From a virus: 64,000 nucleotides of DNA. The notes under the pieces were generated by a model that was given only the letters and a program-made list of their open reading frames with translations, ran no database searches and was not told the origin of the DNA. The translations under genes were made by a program, and so were the position numbers. Positions 45,724 through 55,620 of this stretch are shown here, in pieces; position 1 is the first letter of the stretch, and each line of letters starts with the position of its first letter. Location: positions 32,001-96,000 of the IMG/VR virus record IMGVR_UViG_3300032116_000013. One strand, 5' to 3'.

Positions 45724-45725
45724 TT

Positions 45726-45800
45726 GTTGCGGTGGCTGAGAAGTGAGGCGACAGTCTGCAAAACTGTTCTATGCAGGTGCGAGTCCTGTCCGCAACTCCA
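45726..45800 (+). tRNA. tRNA-Cys(GCA), atypical T-loop
   Basis: Loop CTGCAAA; U73; T-loop TGCGAGT. Confidence 0.85.
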
Positions 45801-45813
45801 TTTAGAGATCGTT

Positions 45814-46041
45814 ATGAAAAAATACATTCATGTGAATCAACATGTGATTCGATCAAACAAAAAGAACAACGAAAACAATCCTGTCTTGACTATCAAGGAA
45901 GGCAGGAAGAATACCTATTGTCATCGAGTCAAGATTCATGGACCCAGTGAGGTAGTTTATTCTGGCAATGAAAAATTATTGCTGCCTTGTGGCGCGAGAG
46001 TTGCCGTAGTCACTGAAAGTGAGATAGAAATTATAGAATGA
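45814..46041 (+). CDS. conserved phage hypothetical protein
   Basis: IHVNQH.IR.N...CGAR motif. Confidence 0.7.
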   Translation: MKKYIHVNQHVIRSNKKNNENNPVLTIKEGRKNTYCHRVKIHGPSEVVYSGNEKLLLPCGARVAVVTESEIEIIE

Positions 46042-46042
46042 C

Positions 46043-46133
46043 GCTCCTGTAGTGTAATGTAGCACGACGGGACTTATAATCCCGAACTCCAGATTAGAGG
46101 TTAGTCTTGGTTCAAGTCCAAGCAGGAGCACCA
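46043..46133 (+). tRNA. tRNA-Ile(TAT) with long variable region
   Basis: CGGGA-CTTATAA-TCCCG arm, about 21-nt variable region, CCA. Confidence 0.8.
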
Positions 46134-46139
46134 AGTTTT

Positions 46140-46216
46140 GCGCCTATAGCATAATTGGTTAATGCAGCAAACTCATAATTTGTTGATTCTAGGTTCAAGT
46201 CCTAGTGGGCGCACCA
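46140..46216 (+). tRNA. tRNA with CAT anticodon (Met or Ile2)
   Basis: Loop CTCATAA. Confidence 0.88.
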
Positions 46217-46254
46217 GTTGACTTTTGAGACTAGATATAGTAAGATATAACAAT

Positions 46255-46331
46255 CGGACAGTAGCACAGCCTGGTAGTGCATCTGCTTTGGGAGCAGAGG
46301 GTCGGAGGTTCGAATCCTCTCTGTCCGACCA
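46255..46331 (+). tRNA. tRNA-Pro(TGG)
   Basis: Loop TTTGGGA. Confidence 0.9.
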
Positions 46332-46336
46332 TTTTT

Positions 46337-46420
46337 GCGATTGTGGTGGAATCGGTATACACAACAGACTTAAAATCTGTCGGCAATGCCATGTCGGTTC
46401 GAGTCCGACCAGTCGCACCA
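46337..46420 (+). tRNA. tRNA-Leu(TAA)
   Basis: Loop CTTAAAA, long variable arm. Confidence 0.9.
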
Positions 46421-46424
46421 GAAT

Positions 46425-46498
46425 GCGGGATTAGTTTAATGGTAAAACTAAAGTTTTCCAAACTTTCGTCATCAGTTCGATTCTGATATCCCGCTCCA
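46425..46498 (+). tRNA. tRNA-Gly(TCC)
   Basis: Loop TTTCCAA; U73. Confidence 0.88.
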
Positions 46499-46513
46499 CT
46501 TTAGAGTAAAGTT

Positions 46514-46999
46514 ATGTATGTATTTGACGGAGTCCTAGATCCAGATTTATTGCAAAAATTCAAAATAAAAATTGAAGACCATTTTATGCAAATGGTTTCT
46601 AAAAATTACAATAAATCAGATTTTTATCCTACAAGAAACATAATGATGAATTCTGATGATTTGGTTGTAAAATTAACTAAAGATTTTTTAGAATCAAAAT
46701 TAAAAATTAAATTAAACTGTTATCAATTTGAACTTCAGACTTGGCCAGTAGAAATTTTTTCATCACTGCATAAACATGATACTGGAATAAGATCGCGTGG
46801 AGATTATAATAGCATACTCTATCTAAATGATAATTTTGATGGTGGCGAATTTTATACTGAAAATGGAATTACTATAAAACCGAAAACTAATAGATTAATT
46901 TTATTTGATGGTAAAAATATAAACCATGGCGTTAAAACAGTAAGAAAAAATCACAGATACACAATGATTTTTTGGTGGGAAAACACACAATTCTATTAA
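46514..46999 (+). CDS. 2OG-Fe(II) oxygenase (prolyl-4-hydroxylase-like)
   Basis: HKHD, ILYLND.F.GGE, HGV, R YT. Confidence 0.85.
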   Translation: MYVFDGVLDPDLLQKFKIKIEDHFMQMVSKNYNKSDFYPTRNIMMNSDDLVVKLTKDFLESKLKIKLNCYQFELQTWPVEIFSSLHKHDTGIRSRGDYNSILYLNDNFDGGEFYTENGITIKPKTNRLILFDGKNINHGVKTVRKNHRYTMIFWWENTQFY

Positions 47000-47011
47000 A
47001 GGAATATCCAT

Positions 47012-47719
47012 ATGCATCCAAGTGCACTTTTAACAGGTGAAGATTTCTTTCTGACATATGCTGCAGAACTAAATGAACCAACTGTAGTTGAAATTGGTTC
47101 TCAAAATATCAACGGTTCACTTAGAGATGTTGCTACAAATAATGTCAAGAAGTATGTTGGTCTTGATTTTGCTGAAGGCGTCGGAGTCGATATAGTCTTG
47201 ACTGATGCATACAAATATCCTCTAGAAGATAATTCATTTGATATTCTTGTAACTTCCTCTTGCCTAGAACATTCTGAAATGTTTTGGCTGTCTTTTCTAG
47301 AAGGAATGAGAATTTTAAAGGACGACGGCATCATGTACATCAATGCTCCATCAGCATGGATGATGTATCATAGGTTTCCAGTTGACTGTTGGCGATTTTG
47401 GCCAGATGCTGGAAAGGCACTAGAAACTTGGGCTAGATATAATAAAATGAATTCAATGGTTCTAGAGTCTTATGTTTGCCCCCCAGGACCTGGAGAATAT
47501 GTAGCAGATTTTGTTTGTGTTATGCTGAAAAACGCAGATTATGTGAACAAATATCCAAATAGAATGATAGACTCTTTGGTTGAATCTCATCAATTTTTTA
47601 ATGGATTCAGATTCCCTAAGAATGAAAAATTCCCGCATGGATGGGATAAACCTACTGCAGAGCGTAAGCAGGATATTCTTTTGACTAATAATAATGGAAT
47701 AGGATTCAATATCAGATAA
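47012..47719 (+). CDS. class I SAM-dependent methyltransferase
   Basis: VVEIGS..NG, YVGLD...GVD, LEH, P.DCWRF. Confidence 0.85.
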   Translation: MHPSALLTGEDFFLTYAAELNEPTVVEIGSQNINGSLRDVATNNVKKYVGLDFAEGVGVDIVLTDAYKYPLEDNSFDILVTSSCLEHSEMFWLSFLEGMRILKDDGIMYINAPSAWMMYHRFPVDCWRFWPDAGKALETWARYNKMNSMVLESYVCPPGPGEYVADFVCVMLKNADYVNKYPNRMIDSLVESHQFFNGFRFPKNEKFPHGWDKPTAERKQDILLTNNNGIGFNIR

Positions 47720-47726
47720 AATTTTC

Positions 47727-47801
47727 GCGGAAGTAGCACAGGGGTAGTGCTTTTGCTTGCCAAGCAAAAGGTCGTGGGTTCAAATCCCATCTTCCGCTCC
47801 A
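47727..47801 (+). tRNA. tRNA-Gly(GCC)
   Basis: Loop TTGCCAA; U73. Confidence 0.9.
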
Positions 47802-47808
47802 ACCCATG

Positions 47809-47835
47809 AAACCAGCCTTCGGGCTGGTTTTTTTT
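47809..47835 (+). terminator. intrinsic terminator ending the tRNA region
   Basis: AAACCAGCC-TTCG-GGCTGGTTT plus T run. Confidence 0.9.
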
Positions 47836-47861
47836 CACCTGCAATCCCAGCCATTAATTCT

Positions 47862-47869
47862 TATAAATA
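47862..47869 (+). promoter_or_regulatory. T4-type late promoter
   Basis: TATAAATA; also at 50547 and 63930. Confidence 0.7.
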
Positions 47870-47902
47870 CCTTGATACAGGACCTACTCAGGGATATCCT
47901 AA

Positions 47903-48286
47903 ATGCTTCAAAACAAATATAATATTTCAATCTGGCAAGGTTCCACGTTTAATTTGTCCATTACTGTGCAAGATAATGATGGCTCAAATTTAGACTTGAA
48001 CACCTTTTCTGCTAGAATGCAAATTCGACCAAGTTACGATTCAGGTTCAATAGCAGAATCGCTAACAAGCGCAAATGGTGAAATAACAATAACTGGTAAT
48101 CTAGGTAAACTTGATCTAGAACTTCCTGCAGAAAGAACTTCAAATATCTATGTTGATCTTTCATCTACAACAAAACCACCTAAAAATACATACGTCTATG
48201 ATCTAGAGTTAGTAGACAATTCAACAAATACAGTCACTAAACTTATGTTTGGCGATGCAGTCGTTTATGGTGAAGTCACGCGATGA
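47903..48286 (+). CDS. tail/baseplate-associated Ig-like protein
   Basis: I.QG.TF...A.MQIR...YVYDLEL pattern. Confidence 0.65.
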   Translation: MLQNKYNISIWQGSTFNLSITVQDNDGSNLDLNTFSARMQIRPSYDSGSIAESLTSANGEITITGNLGKLDLELPAERTSNIYVDLSSTTKPPKNTYVYDLELVDNSTNTVTKLMFGDAVVYGEVTR

Positions 48287-50529
48287 CAATTCAAGTATCT
48301 TCTATAGTTGAAACTGGCAATACCATAACAGTTGTTGCTTCAACAACTGGTACCACAGTTACTGTCCAAGATTCAGGATATCGTGGACCTAAAGGCGCAC
48401 AAGGTACACAGGGTGTTCAAGGTACACAGGGTGAAACTGGTTCGCAAGGTACAGGTGGATCAGGTTTTACATGGAGAGGTCCATGGAACTCTTCAACAGT
48501 ATATTTAATTAATGATGCTGTAGAATATCAAAATTCGTCATATGTTGCTATTACAAATCACAGTAACGACGCGCCTCCTGGAACTAATTGGAATCTGATT
48601 GCCAAGGTTGGATCGCAAGGCACTCAGGGCGTATTTGGTGCACAAGGAACTCAAGGTCTAGATGGTCTCTTTGCTGGTCAAGGTGCTACTGGTACTCAAG
48701 GTGTACAAGGTAGAACTGGGGCGCAAGGTACTATTGGCGCCCAAGGAACAACTGGAACTCAAGGCTCAGTTGGAACTCAAGGCACATTCGGAACACAAGG
48801 AACAACTGGTTCGCAAGGCATTCAAGGAGTCCAAGGCACTACTGGAACACAAGGAACATTTGGTGTTCAAGGAACGCAAGGAACGCAAGGAACGCAAGGG
48901 TTTGATGGCATTCAAGGCGCACAAGGGTTTCAAGGAGAGCGTGGTGACTTCGGCGGCGCATCTTTCTATTATAAATTTTTAACCAAAACTGATTCCAATG
49001 ATCCTGGTCCAGGAAAGTTAAATCTAAATGCTATAAATTTTTCATCTGCCACAAATCTATCAATTGATGATATAGATAGAAACAGCACTGATATTTCTAA
49101 CTTCCTACAAACTGTTGACGATTCAACGAGTTCGATAAAAGGAACAATCAAACTTACAGAAGAAGCGAATACATTAAATTTCGTAATACTTCACATCGTT
49201 GGAACTCACACAGAGGATCAACATCACTTTGACATTCCCGTTGCATATGTCAATGGTACAACAACACCATATGCAAACAACTCTGATATTATTATATCTT
49301 TCGCCGTTACAGGCAACAAAGGTGATACTGGCGTTCAAGGAACTATAGGATCTCAAGGTCTTTCAGGAACGCAAGGATTTTTTGGAACTCAAGGATCTGT
49401 TGGCTCGCAGGGAACGCAAGGAGTCCAAGGAGAAATAGGTTCTCAAGGATTTACTGGTACTCAGGGCACTCAAGGATTGTTAGGTATTCAAGGAGTCCAA
49501 GGAGAAATAGGCTCTCAGGGTTTCACAGGAAGCCAAGGGTTTACTGGGTCTCAAGGTTTACTTGGCTCGCAGGGAACTCAGGGAACAACTGGATCTCAAG
49601 GAACAACAGGCTCTCAGGGTTTCACAGGAAGCCAAGGGTTTACTGGATCTCAAGGTCAGACTGGTTCGCAAGGAACTCAGGGTCTACTTGGTTCGCAGGG
49701 TTTAACTGGCTCACAGGGTTTAACTGGTTCAGGTTCTCAAGGTATTCAAGGTCCTTCTGGTACTGGTGGCGGATCAGCCATCACAGTGAAAGACGAAGGA
49801 ACAACGATCACGACTTCTTTGGCAAGTTTAGATTTTGTTGGGGTTGGAGTTCAAGCGACAAATGTTGGAAATGATGTTACTGTAACGATAACTGGTGGAT
49901 CAGGCTCTCAAGGCACAACAGGATCTCAAGGTGTTCAAGGTACAACAGGATCTCAAGGCTTTACTGGAAGCCAAGGGTTTACTGGGTCTCAAGGATTCAC
50001 TGGATCGCAAGGTCTAAATGGTTCTCAAGGTTTAACTGGATCACAAGGTTTAACTGGATCAGGCTCTCAAGGATTACAGGGTATTCAGGGACCATCTGGT
50101 GGTGGAGGTGGTGGAGGCGGTCTATCCACTTTCCCAGTGAGTGCAAACTCAGGATCAACTATAACTGCGAATGGTCTAAACTTCATAAATACTTCATCTA
50201 TTCTAGTTTCAGTAGGATCAGGTGAAACTGGAAATGCTAATGTATCATTTGTAGTATACAATAGCAACGTCAGTAGTAATGTTGAAAACTCATTTGAAAC
50301 AGTTAGTAAGAATCTAAGAGCATATGATGCAACACTAACTTATACTTCTGGATCATTAACCAGCATCGCATATACAGTTCCAGCCGTTGGAACAATAACA
50401 AAAACATTAAATTATACTAATGGTGTTCTGACGTCGATAGTTCTATCTGGAAGCACACCAGGTGGAATTGAATTGACTAAGACTTTGACTTATACTAATG
50501 GAATATTAACAGGGTTCAGTTACTCATAA
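48283..50529 (+). CDS. collagen-like tail fibre protein
   Basis: Several G-x-Q triplet tracts; C-terminal TLTYT.G.LT repeats. Confidence 0.8.
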   Translation: MTIQVSSIVETGNTITVVASTTGTTVTVQDSGYRGPKGAQGTQGVQGTQGETGSQGTGGSGFTWRGPWNSSTVYLINDAVEYQNSSYVAITNHSNDAPPGTNWNLIAKVGSQGTQGVFGAQGTQGLDGLFAGQGATGTQGVQGRTGAQGTIGAQGTTGTQGSVGTQGTFGTQGTTGSQGIQGVQGTTGTQGTFGVQGTQGTQGTQGFDGIQGAQGFQGERGDFGGASFYYKFLTKTDSNDPGPGKLNLNAINFSSATNLSIDDIDRNSTDISNFLQTVDDSTSSIKGTIKLTEEANTLNFVILHIVGTHTEDQHHFDIPVAYVNGTTTPYANNSDIIISFAVTGNKGDTGVQGTIGSQGLSGTQGFFGTQGSVGSQGTQGVQGEIGSQGFTGTQGTQGLLGIQGVQGEIGSQGFTGSQGFTGSQGLLGSQGTQGTTGSQGTTGSQGFTGSQGFTGSQGQTGSQGTQGLLGSQGLTGSQGLTGSGSQGIQGPSGTGGGSAITVKDEGTTITTSLASLDFVGVGVQATNVGNDVTVTITGGSGSQGTTGSQGVQGTTGSQGFTGSQGFTGSQGFTGSQGLNGSQGLTGSQGLTGSGSQGLQGIQGPSGGGGGGGGLSTFPVSANSGSTITANGLNFINTSSILVSVGSGETGNANVSFVVYNSNVSSNVENSFETVSKNLRAYDATLTYTSGSLTSIAYTVPAVGTITKTLNYTNGVLTSIVLSGSTPGGIELTKTLTYTNGILTGFSYS

Positions 50530-50586
50530 TTAAAACTGTGATAACATATAAATAATCTAAAGAATTATTGATAGGAGTCTTCTAAC

Positions 50587-51027
50587 ATGTCAATGACAAA
50601 TGCTGCAGAACAGGCTTTCCTTGATCTGCTATTCTTAAACATCGATTGGGCAAACATTGGTGATGCCAGCGGGTTGCAAAACTCAGCCGCTGCTGGTTCA
50701 TTCTATATTTCTCTACACACTGCTGATCCTGGCGAGTCTGGCGATCAAACAACCAATGAAACAGCATATACATCATATGCTCGTGTGGCAGTAGCAAGAA
50801 CCGCTGGTGGTTGGACAAGAACAGCATCAACAATCAGCAATGCTGCCAAAATTACTTTCCCACAGTGCACTGGTGGTACATCTACCATTACTCACTTCGG
50901 AATTGGTACTGATTCGACATCAACAGGAAATCTTTTGATGAAAGGTACATTGACTGCAAGTTTGGCAGTATCGAATGGTATTCAGCCAGAGTTCGTTATC
51001 GGTGCTCTAACAGCGGCTGTTGACTAA
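50587..51027 (+). CDS. minor tail/structural protein
   Basis: YISLHTADPG...NE..Y..YARVAV...ITFP...ITHFGI pattern. Confidence 0.7.
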   Translation: MSMTNAAEQAFLDLLFLNIDWANIGDASGLQNSAAAGSFYISLHTADPGESGDQTTNETAYTSYARVAVARTAGGWTRTASTISNAAKITFPQCTGGTSTITHFGIGTDSTSTGNLLMKGTLTASLAVSNGIQPEFVIGALTAAVD

Positions 51028-51028
51028 T

Positions 51029-51169
51029 ATGATTGTTTATATTTGCATGCACTGCCGCAAAGAACTTTACAAAGAAGGTGAAGAAGAAGTTCTTTGCGAA
51101 GATCACCCTTGGGCTCCAGCAGCCTATGTAAATGTTGAAAATGATTCGTCAGAAGAGGCTCCACAATAA
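51029..51169 (+). CDS. small Cys/His protein (46 aa)
   Basis: Read by eye: CMHC...C.DHP. Confidence 0.5.
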   Translation: MIVYICMHCRKELYKEGEEEVLCEDHPWAPAAYVNVENDSSEEAPQ

Positions 51170-52056
51170 TGCCATTTAATAATGTTGCAGACTATGCTGA
51201 CTATAGAAGCGAAGGCGCATGGCAGCAGTCGCACTATTTCAAAACTGGTAATCCAGCAACAGGTGTTGTTGGTCGCTGGCTAGACTTGAGTATGGGCGCA
51301 GGTCACCCTGTTATTAATTTCTATGCTGCTGCGCCTCTATCTGCAACACCACTAACTAATGTCAATGGCAACAAAGGTGTTTATACAGGACCGAATCCAG
51401 GCACTGGTAAAACAAAACACTTGCACACATTGACAATTGACACAACTGCTGTCTCTGTACCATCATCGTATATTCTTGCAGATTATCTGATGTACTATCC
51501 ATTCATTGACACGGACTCTTCAGATCTCCAAATAATGGATAACACGGCAACTCTTCCAAGATACACAACAGGAGAGGGTGTTCAGTGTTTTGTTGTTAGC
51601 CAAGGTGGTATGTTGGGAGCAAACTTCAACAGTGTGTGTACAATGGAATATACAAACTCTGATGGAGTTACGGGAAGAACAACGACATTTGCACTAATAG
51701 GCACGCCAGTGACAGGAGTGTTGGTTTGCGCAGGTAGCAATGCAACTGCAGCGACAACAACTCAATGCAGCCCATTTGTTCCATTAGCGACTGGTGATAA
51801 AGGAATCAGATCAATTCAAAACGTAACTGTCACAACTCCAATTGGTGGCGTTTGTGCATTTGTGTTGTGCTACTCTTTGGCATCTATTCCGCAATTCACT
51901 AACGTCACTCAAGTAGAAAAAACATTCTTTAGCAGAACTGGCAGAGCACCAATGATATACGATGGAGCATTCCTTCACTTCTTGATGACTAATAGTGGAA
52001 CGGGCGGGGCTGCTCCTGGCGTGCTTAGATCATCACTGACATTTGTTTGGGGTTAA
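51169..52056 (+). CDS. putative structural protein, paralogue 1 (divergent)
   Basis: GRWLDLS, LPRYT.GEG, PFVPLA.GD.G, terminal VWG. Confidence 0.7.
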   Translation: MPFNNVADYADYRSEGAWQQSHYFKTGNPATGVVGRWLDLSMGAGHPVINFYAAAPLSATPLTNVNGNKGVYTGPNPGTGKTKHLHTLTIDTTAVSVPSSYILADYLMYYPFIDTDSSDLQIMDNTATLPRYTTGEGVQCFVVSQGGMLGANFNSVCTMEYTNSDGVTGRTTTFALIGTPVTGVLVCAGSNATAATTTQCSPFVPLATGDKGIRSIQNVTVTTPIGGVCAFVLCYSLASIPQFTNVTQVEKTFFSRTGRAPMIYDGAFLHFLMTNSGTGGAAPGVLRSSLTFVWG

Positions 52057-52057
52057 T

Positions 52058-52960
52058 ATGGCATTCACAGGCGTAGATGATTTAGTTTCTGAAATTTCTA
52101 ATGAAAAAATCTTTAGAGCGGATTGGCAGTACCACAATCAATTTGCACCCACTACAGTTAGTATCTCTGTCGGTTTAGATCTGGGATCGTCTCCTGGTCA
52201 GTACGGCGCACCAAATGCATTCCCAGGAACTGCGCTAAACTGGGTTACGTGTAATGAGTCTGCTGGCAATGGTACGCAAATATTTGGCATTCCACATGGC
52301 GGCAACGTTTCCCCCGATAAAAAACATTTAATTAGTGCAATTACTGTCCACCCTGCAGGACCTCCAGTCGTTGGTGGTAATCTCGTTCTAGTGGATTTAC
52401 AGGGTTATTGGCCAGGCATTTCTCACACAACTACAACAACACAAACACTTGTTGGCACACCATCATTGCGTTATGCAAATGGTGATGGATGTAGATTGTA
52501 CATGGTTACGACAACTGGACTTGGTGCAACTGCGCATAATATTCGTATAAATTATTACGATCAAGGCAATAACCTAGCAAATACAGGTCTTGTTGCTGCA
52601 AGAGTTTCTTCTGTTGTTGGTCAAATTAATAGTTGTTTACCAGGCGCTGCTCCATCTCTATATTTTCCACTAGTAGATGGTGATACTGGAGTTCAAAATG
52701 CTGCCAACGTGACTATGTCTGCAGCATCTACTGCTGGAGTTTCAGCCTTGTGTTTAGCAAGACCACTTATTCACATTCCATTAGTTACAGCGGCGCATGT
52801 TGCGAACGAAAAAGAATTCGTATACCAAACACCAAGCATGCCAGAAATTAAAGATGGAGCATGTTTGACATGGCTTTACTTTAGTGGTACTGGTGGTACT
52901 AGTTCGACGGTCGCGGCAGGTACAAACTTTTATGGTGAAATACAGGTTGCCTGGGGCTAG
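52058..52960 (+). CDS. putative structural protein, paralogue 2
   Basis: DLQGYWPGI, GTPSLRY.NG, GDTGVQN, terminal AWG. Confidence 0.75.
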   Translation: MAFTGVDDLVSEISNEKIFRADWQYHNQFAPTTVSISVGLDLGSSPGQYGAPNAFPGTALNWVTCNESAGNGTQIFGIPHGGNVSPDKKHLISAITVHPAGPPVVGGNLVLVDLQGYWPGISHTTTTTQTLVGTPSLRYANGDGCRLYMVTTTGLGATAHNIRINYYDQGNNLANTGLVAARVSSVVGQINSCLPGAAPSLYFPLVDGDTGVQNAANVTMSAASTAGVSALCLARPLIHIPLVTAAHVANEKEFVYQTPSMPEIKDGACLTWLYFSGTGGTSSTVAAGTNFYGEIQVAWG

Positions 52961-53000
52961 TGATAAATAATTCAAATAAACAGTTTTTGGAGAACATAAC

Positions 53001-53882
53001 ATGAGTTTTTCCTCAATGGATGATCTAATTTCCGAGATGGCTAACGGAAAGACAAACAGATACGAATGGAACAAAGTTACTGGTGCTGCTGCATATACTG
53101 CAGGTCGTTGGTATGACTTTAGTTCTGTTGGTGGTTCACCAATCGCTAACGCATGGGCTGGCACAGCATTGAACTGGAAAACGTGCGATGAAAGCACTGG
53201 TAACGGTACTCAGATTTTTGGCATCCCGCATTTTGGCAACGTAAGCACAGATACAAAACACATTATCAACGTTATGGCAACCACTGCAGTTGCAACTGGT
53301 GTTCCTGGACAGTTGATGCTTGTCGATCTTCAAGGGTACTGGCCAGGTATTTCAACGAACTCTGCTTCGGCTCAAACTCTAGTGGGAACTCCATCATTAC
53401 GTTATGCTAACGGTGCTGGTTGTAGATTGTTTTTTGTAGCGACGGTTGCTTCTGGCGCCACTGCTCATAATATGTCGATATCATATACCAATCAAGCAGG
53501 AACAGGTTCAAGAGCATTTCCCTCAACAGTTGGTATGACCGCTTCAGCGATCGCTGGACACATTTCTCATTCAGGAACTGCAGCATTGAATTATGGTCCT
53601 TTCTTGCCTCTTGCTAATGGTGACACTGGCGTTCAAAACGTAGCGACCGTTACATTCTCAGCAGCATCGGGTGCTGGTACTGGCGCATTATGTTTGGCTC
53701 GTCCTCTGTTGACCATTCCATTGGTCACTGCTGCTGTTGCAAACGAAAGAGACCTACTGAATCAGTTGCCATCACTACCAAGAGTTCTCGATGGCGCATG
53801 TTTAGTTTGGTTGTACTATGCTGGTGCAGCAACTGCTGCAGCCACAAACTTCTATGGTTCTCTTGAATACGTGTGGGGCTAA
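53001..53882 (+). CDS. putative structural protein, paralogue 3
   Basis: Same motifs, terminal VWG. Confidence 0.75.
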   Translation: MSFSSMDDLISEMANGKTNRYEWNKVTGAAAYTAGRWYDFSSVGGSPIANAWAGTALNWKTCDESTGNGTQIFGIPHFGNVSTDTKHIINVMATTAVATGVPGQLMLVDLQGYWPGISTNSASAQTLVGTPSLRYANGAGCRLFFVATVASGATAHNMSISYTNQAGTGSRAFPSTVGMTASAIAGHISHSGTAALNYGPFLPLANGDTGVQNVATVTFSAASGAGTGALCLARPLLTIPLVTAAVANERDLLNQLPSLPRVLDGACLVWLYYAGAATAAATNFYGSLEYVWG

Positions 53883-53885
53883 TCA

Positions 53886-54740
53886 ATGCCAATTAATTCA
53901 CTAGACCATTTGATGAGAAAAACCACTGACGGCTCTTTGTTCAGTGCTGACTGGATGTTAACAACTAACATTGCTTTTGCTGCTGGTCGTTGGCAAGATA
54001 TGTCTAGAAATGGGATTTACCCATCACCAAATCTTTATCCTGGAACATCACTGACATGGGTAGATTGTAATTCTTCCACTGCATTCGCAATTCCAACAGG
54101 TCCTGATACCATCGCTGGATCTGGGATGACTAAACACTGCATTTTTGCAAGTGCTTTAACTGCTGCCCCAGCAGGTGTTCCAGGTATGTTTGTATTGGTT
54201 GATCTACAAGGTTATTGGCCAGGTATCAATACTGCCACTACGTTGCTACAAACATTATCTGGCACACCATCATTACGTTATACTAATGGCGAAGGGTTGA
54301 AATTATACCCCGTTGTGACAGCCACAACAAGCACTGGTACACCAAACATATCACTATCTTATACAAACCAAGCGGGAACTTCGGGGCGCGCATTGGGTCA
54401 AACTGTCACTTGCGTTGCATCTTCTCCAATCGGATCACTTTATGCTAATTTGTGGGCTCCATTTTTACCACTTGCTGGCGGTGATACTGGAGTTCAAAAC
54501 GTAGCAACGGTCCAGATGTCTGCAGCAACTACAGGAGCGATTGCTTTGTGTTTGGCGAAACCAATTTTAACTGTACCAGTTGCAACTGTCAGTAATATGG
54601 TTGAAAGAGATTTCGTAAATCAATTTACCAGTTTACCTAGAATTATGAACAACGCATGTTTAACTTGGTTGTTTTATCCTGGTGCTGCTACTGTTATTAA
54701 TAGTAATTTCTATGGCTCACTCGAATTTGTTTGGGGATAA
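53886..54740 (+). CDS. putative structural protein, paralogue 4
   Basis: Same motifs, terminal VWG. Confidence 0.75.
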   Translation: MPINSLDHLMRKTTDGSLFSADWMLTTNIAFAAGRWQDMSRNGIYPSPNLYPGTSLTWVDCNSSTAFAIPTGPDTIAGSGMTKHCIFASALTAAPAGVPGMFVLVDLQGYWPGINTATTLLQTLSGTPSLRYTNGEGLKLYPVVTATTSTGTPNISLSYTNQAGTSGRALGQTVTCVASSPIGSLYANLWAPFLPLAGGDTGVQNVATVQMSAATTGAIALCLAKPILTVPVATVSNMVERDFVNQFTSLPRIMNNACLTWLFYPGAATVINSNFYGSLEFVWG

Positions 54741-54743
54741 GTA

Positions 54744-55619
54744 ATGGCATTTCAAGCACTTGATCATATGATTCAAAAAGTTTCTGGCGGTAACTTTTAT
54801 CGCTGGGATTGGTCTGCTGTTATCCCTGCTACACTTACCGCATCTAGATGGTACGATCTAAGTTCTACAATGCGTAGCCAACCAGCCAATGCTTGGGCGG
54901 GTACTTCCTTGGCATGGCGCACGTGCGATGAGTCTACTGGAAATGGAACTCAGATTTTTGGAATGCCTCATGGTGGCAACGTAAGCACTGCAACAAAGCA
55001 TGTGATAACTGCTACAGGGGGGAGTGGCACCTCGACGGCATTGGGTGTGCTGCAACTAATAGACATGCAAGGTTATTGGCCAGGCATTTCAACTGCTTCT
55101 GCATCAGCACAAACATTAACAGGCACACCATCATTACGTTACACAAATGGCGCTGGTTGCAGATTGTATTGGGTGCAAACTGTTGCTGCTGGTGCCACTC
55201 CACACAACATTGCTTTGTCGTATACAAATACTGCAGGAACTCCAGGACAAGCACTCGGTAGAACAGTGTCGATGACTGCATCTGCAATCGTCAATCACAT
55301 CTCACATTCAGGAACTGCAGCAGGTAATATTGGTCCATTTCTTCCGCTGGCTGCTGGCGACACTGGTGTTCAAAATGTTGCATCAGTTACATTCTCAGCC
55401 TCTTCTGGTGCTGGTTCTGGTGCGCTAGTGTTAGCAAAACCGTTATTGACAATACCTCTCACAACAGGATTTTTGTTGACTGAGAGAGACTGTATCAGCA
55501 TGCTACCAAGTTTACCAGAAATCAAAGATGGTGCATGTTTGACGTGGATGTTTTATACACATGCAGCAACTGCTGCTAGTTCTAATATGCACGGCAATTT
55601 AGATCTCGGATGGGCATAA
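54744..55619 (+). CDS. putative structural protein, paralogue 5
   Basis: Same motifs, terminal GWA. Confidence 0.75.
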   Translation: MAFQALDHMIQKVSGGNFYRWDWSAVIPATLTASRWYDLSSTMRSQPANAWAGTSLAWRTCDESTGNGTQIFGMPHGGNVSTATKHVITATGGSGTSTALGVLQLIDMQGYWPGISTASASAQTLTGTPSLRYTNGAGCRLYWVQTVAAGATPHNIALSYTNTAGTPGQALGRTVSMTASAIVNHISHSGTAAGNIGPFLPLAAGDTGVQNVASVTFSASSGAGSGALVLAKPLLTIPLTTGFLLTERDCISMLPSLPEIKDGACLTWMFYTHAATAASSNMHGNLDLGWA

Positions 55620-55620
55620 A

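Noticed and set aside
42012-46486. ORF-track entries across the tRNA array
   Set aside because: They overlap tRNAs or structured RNA and lack RBS and protein-like composition. Only 45412-45723 and 45814-46041 were kept.
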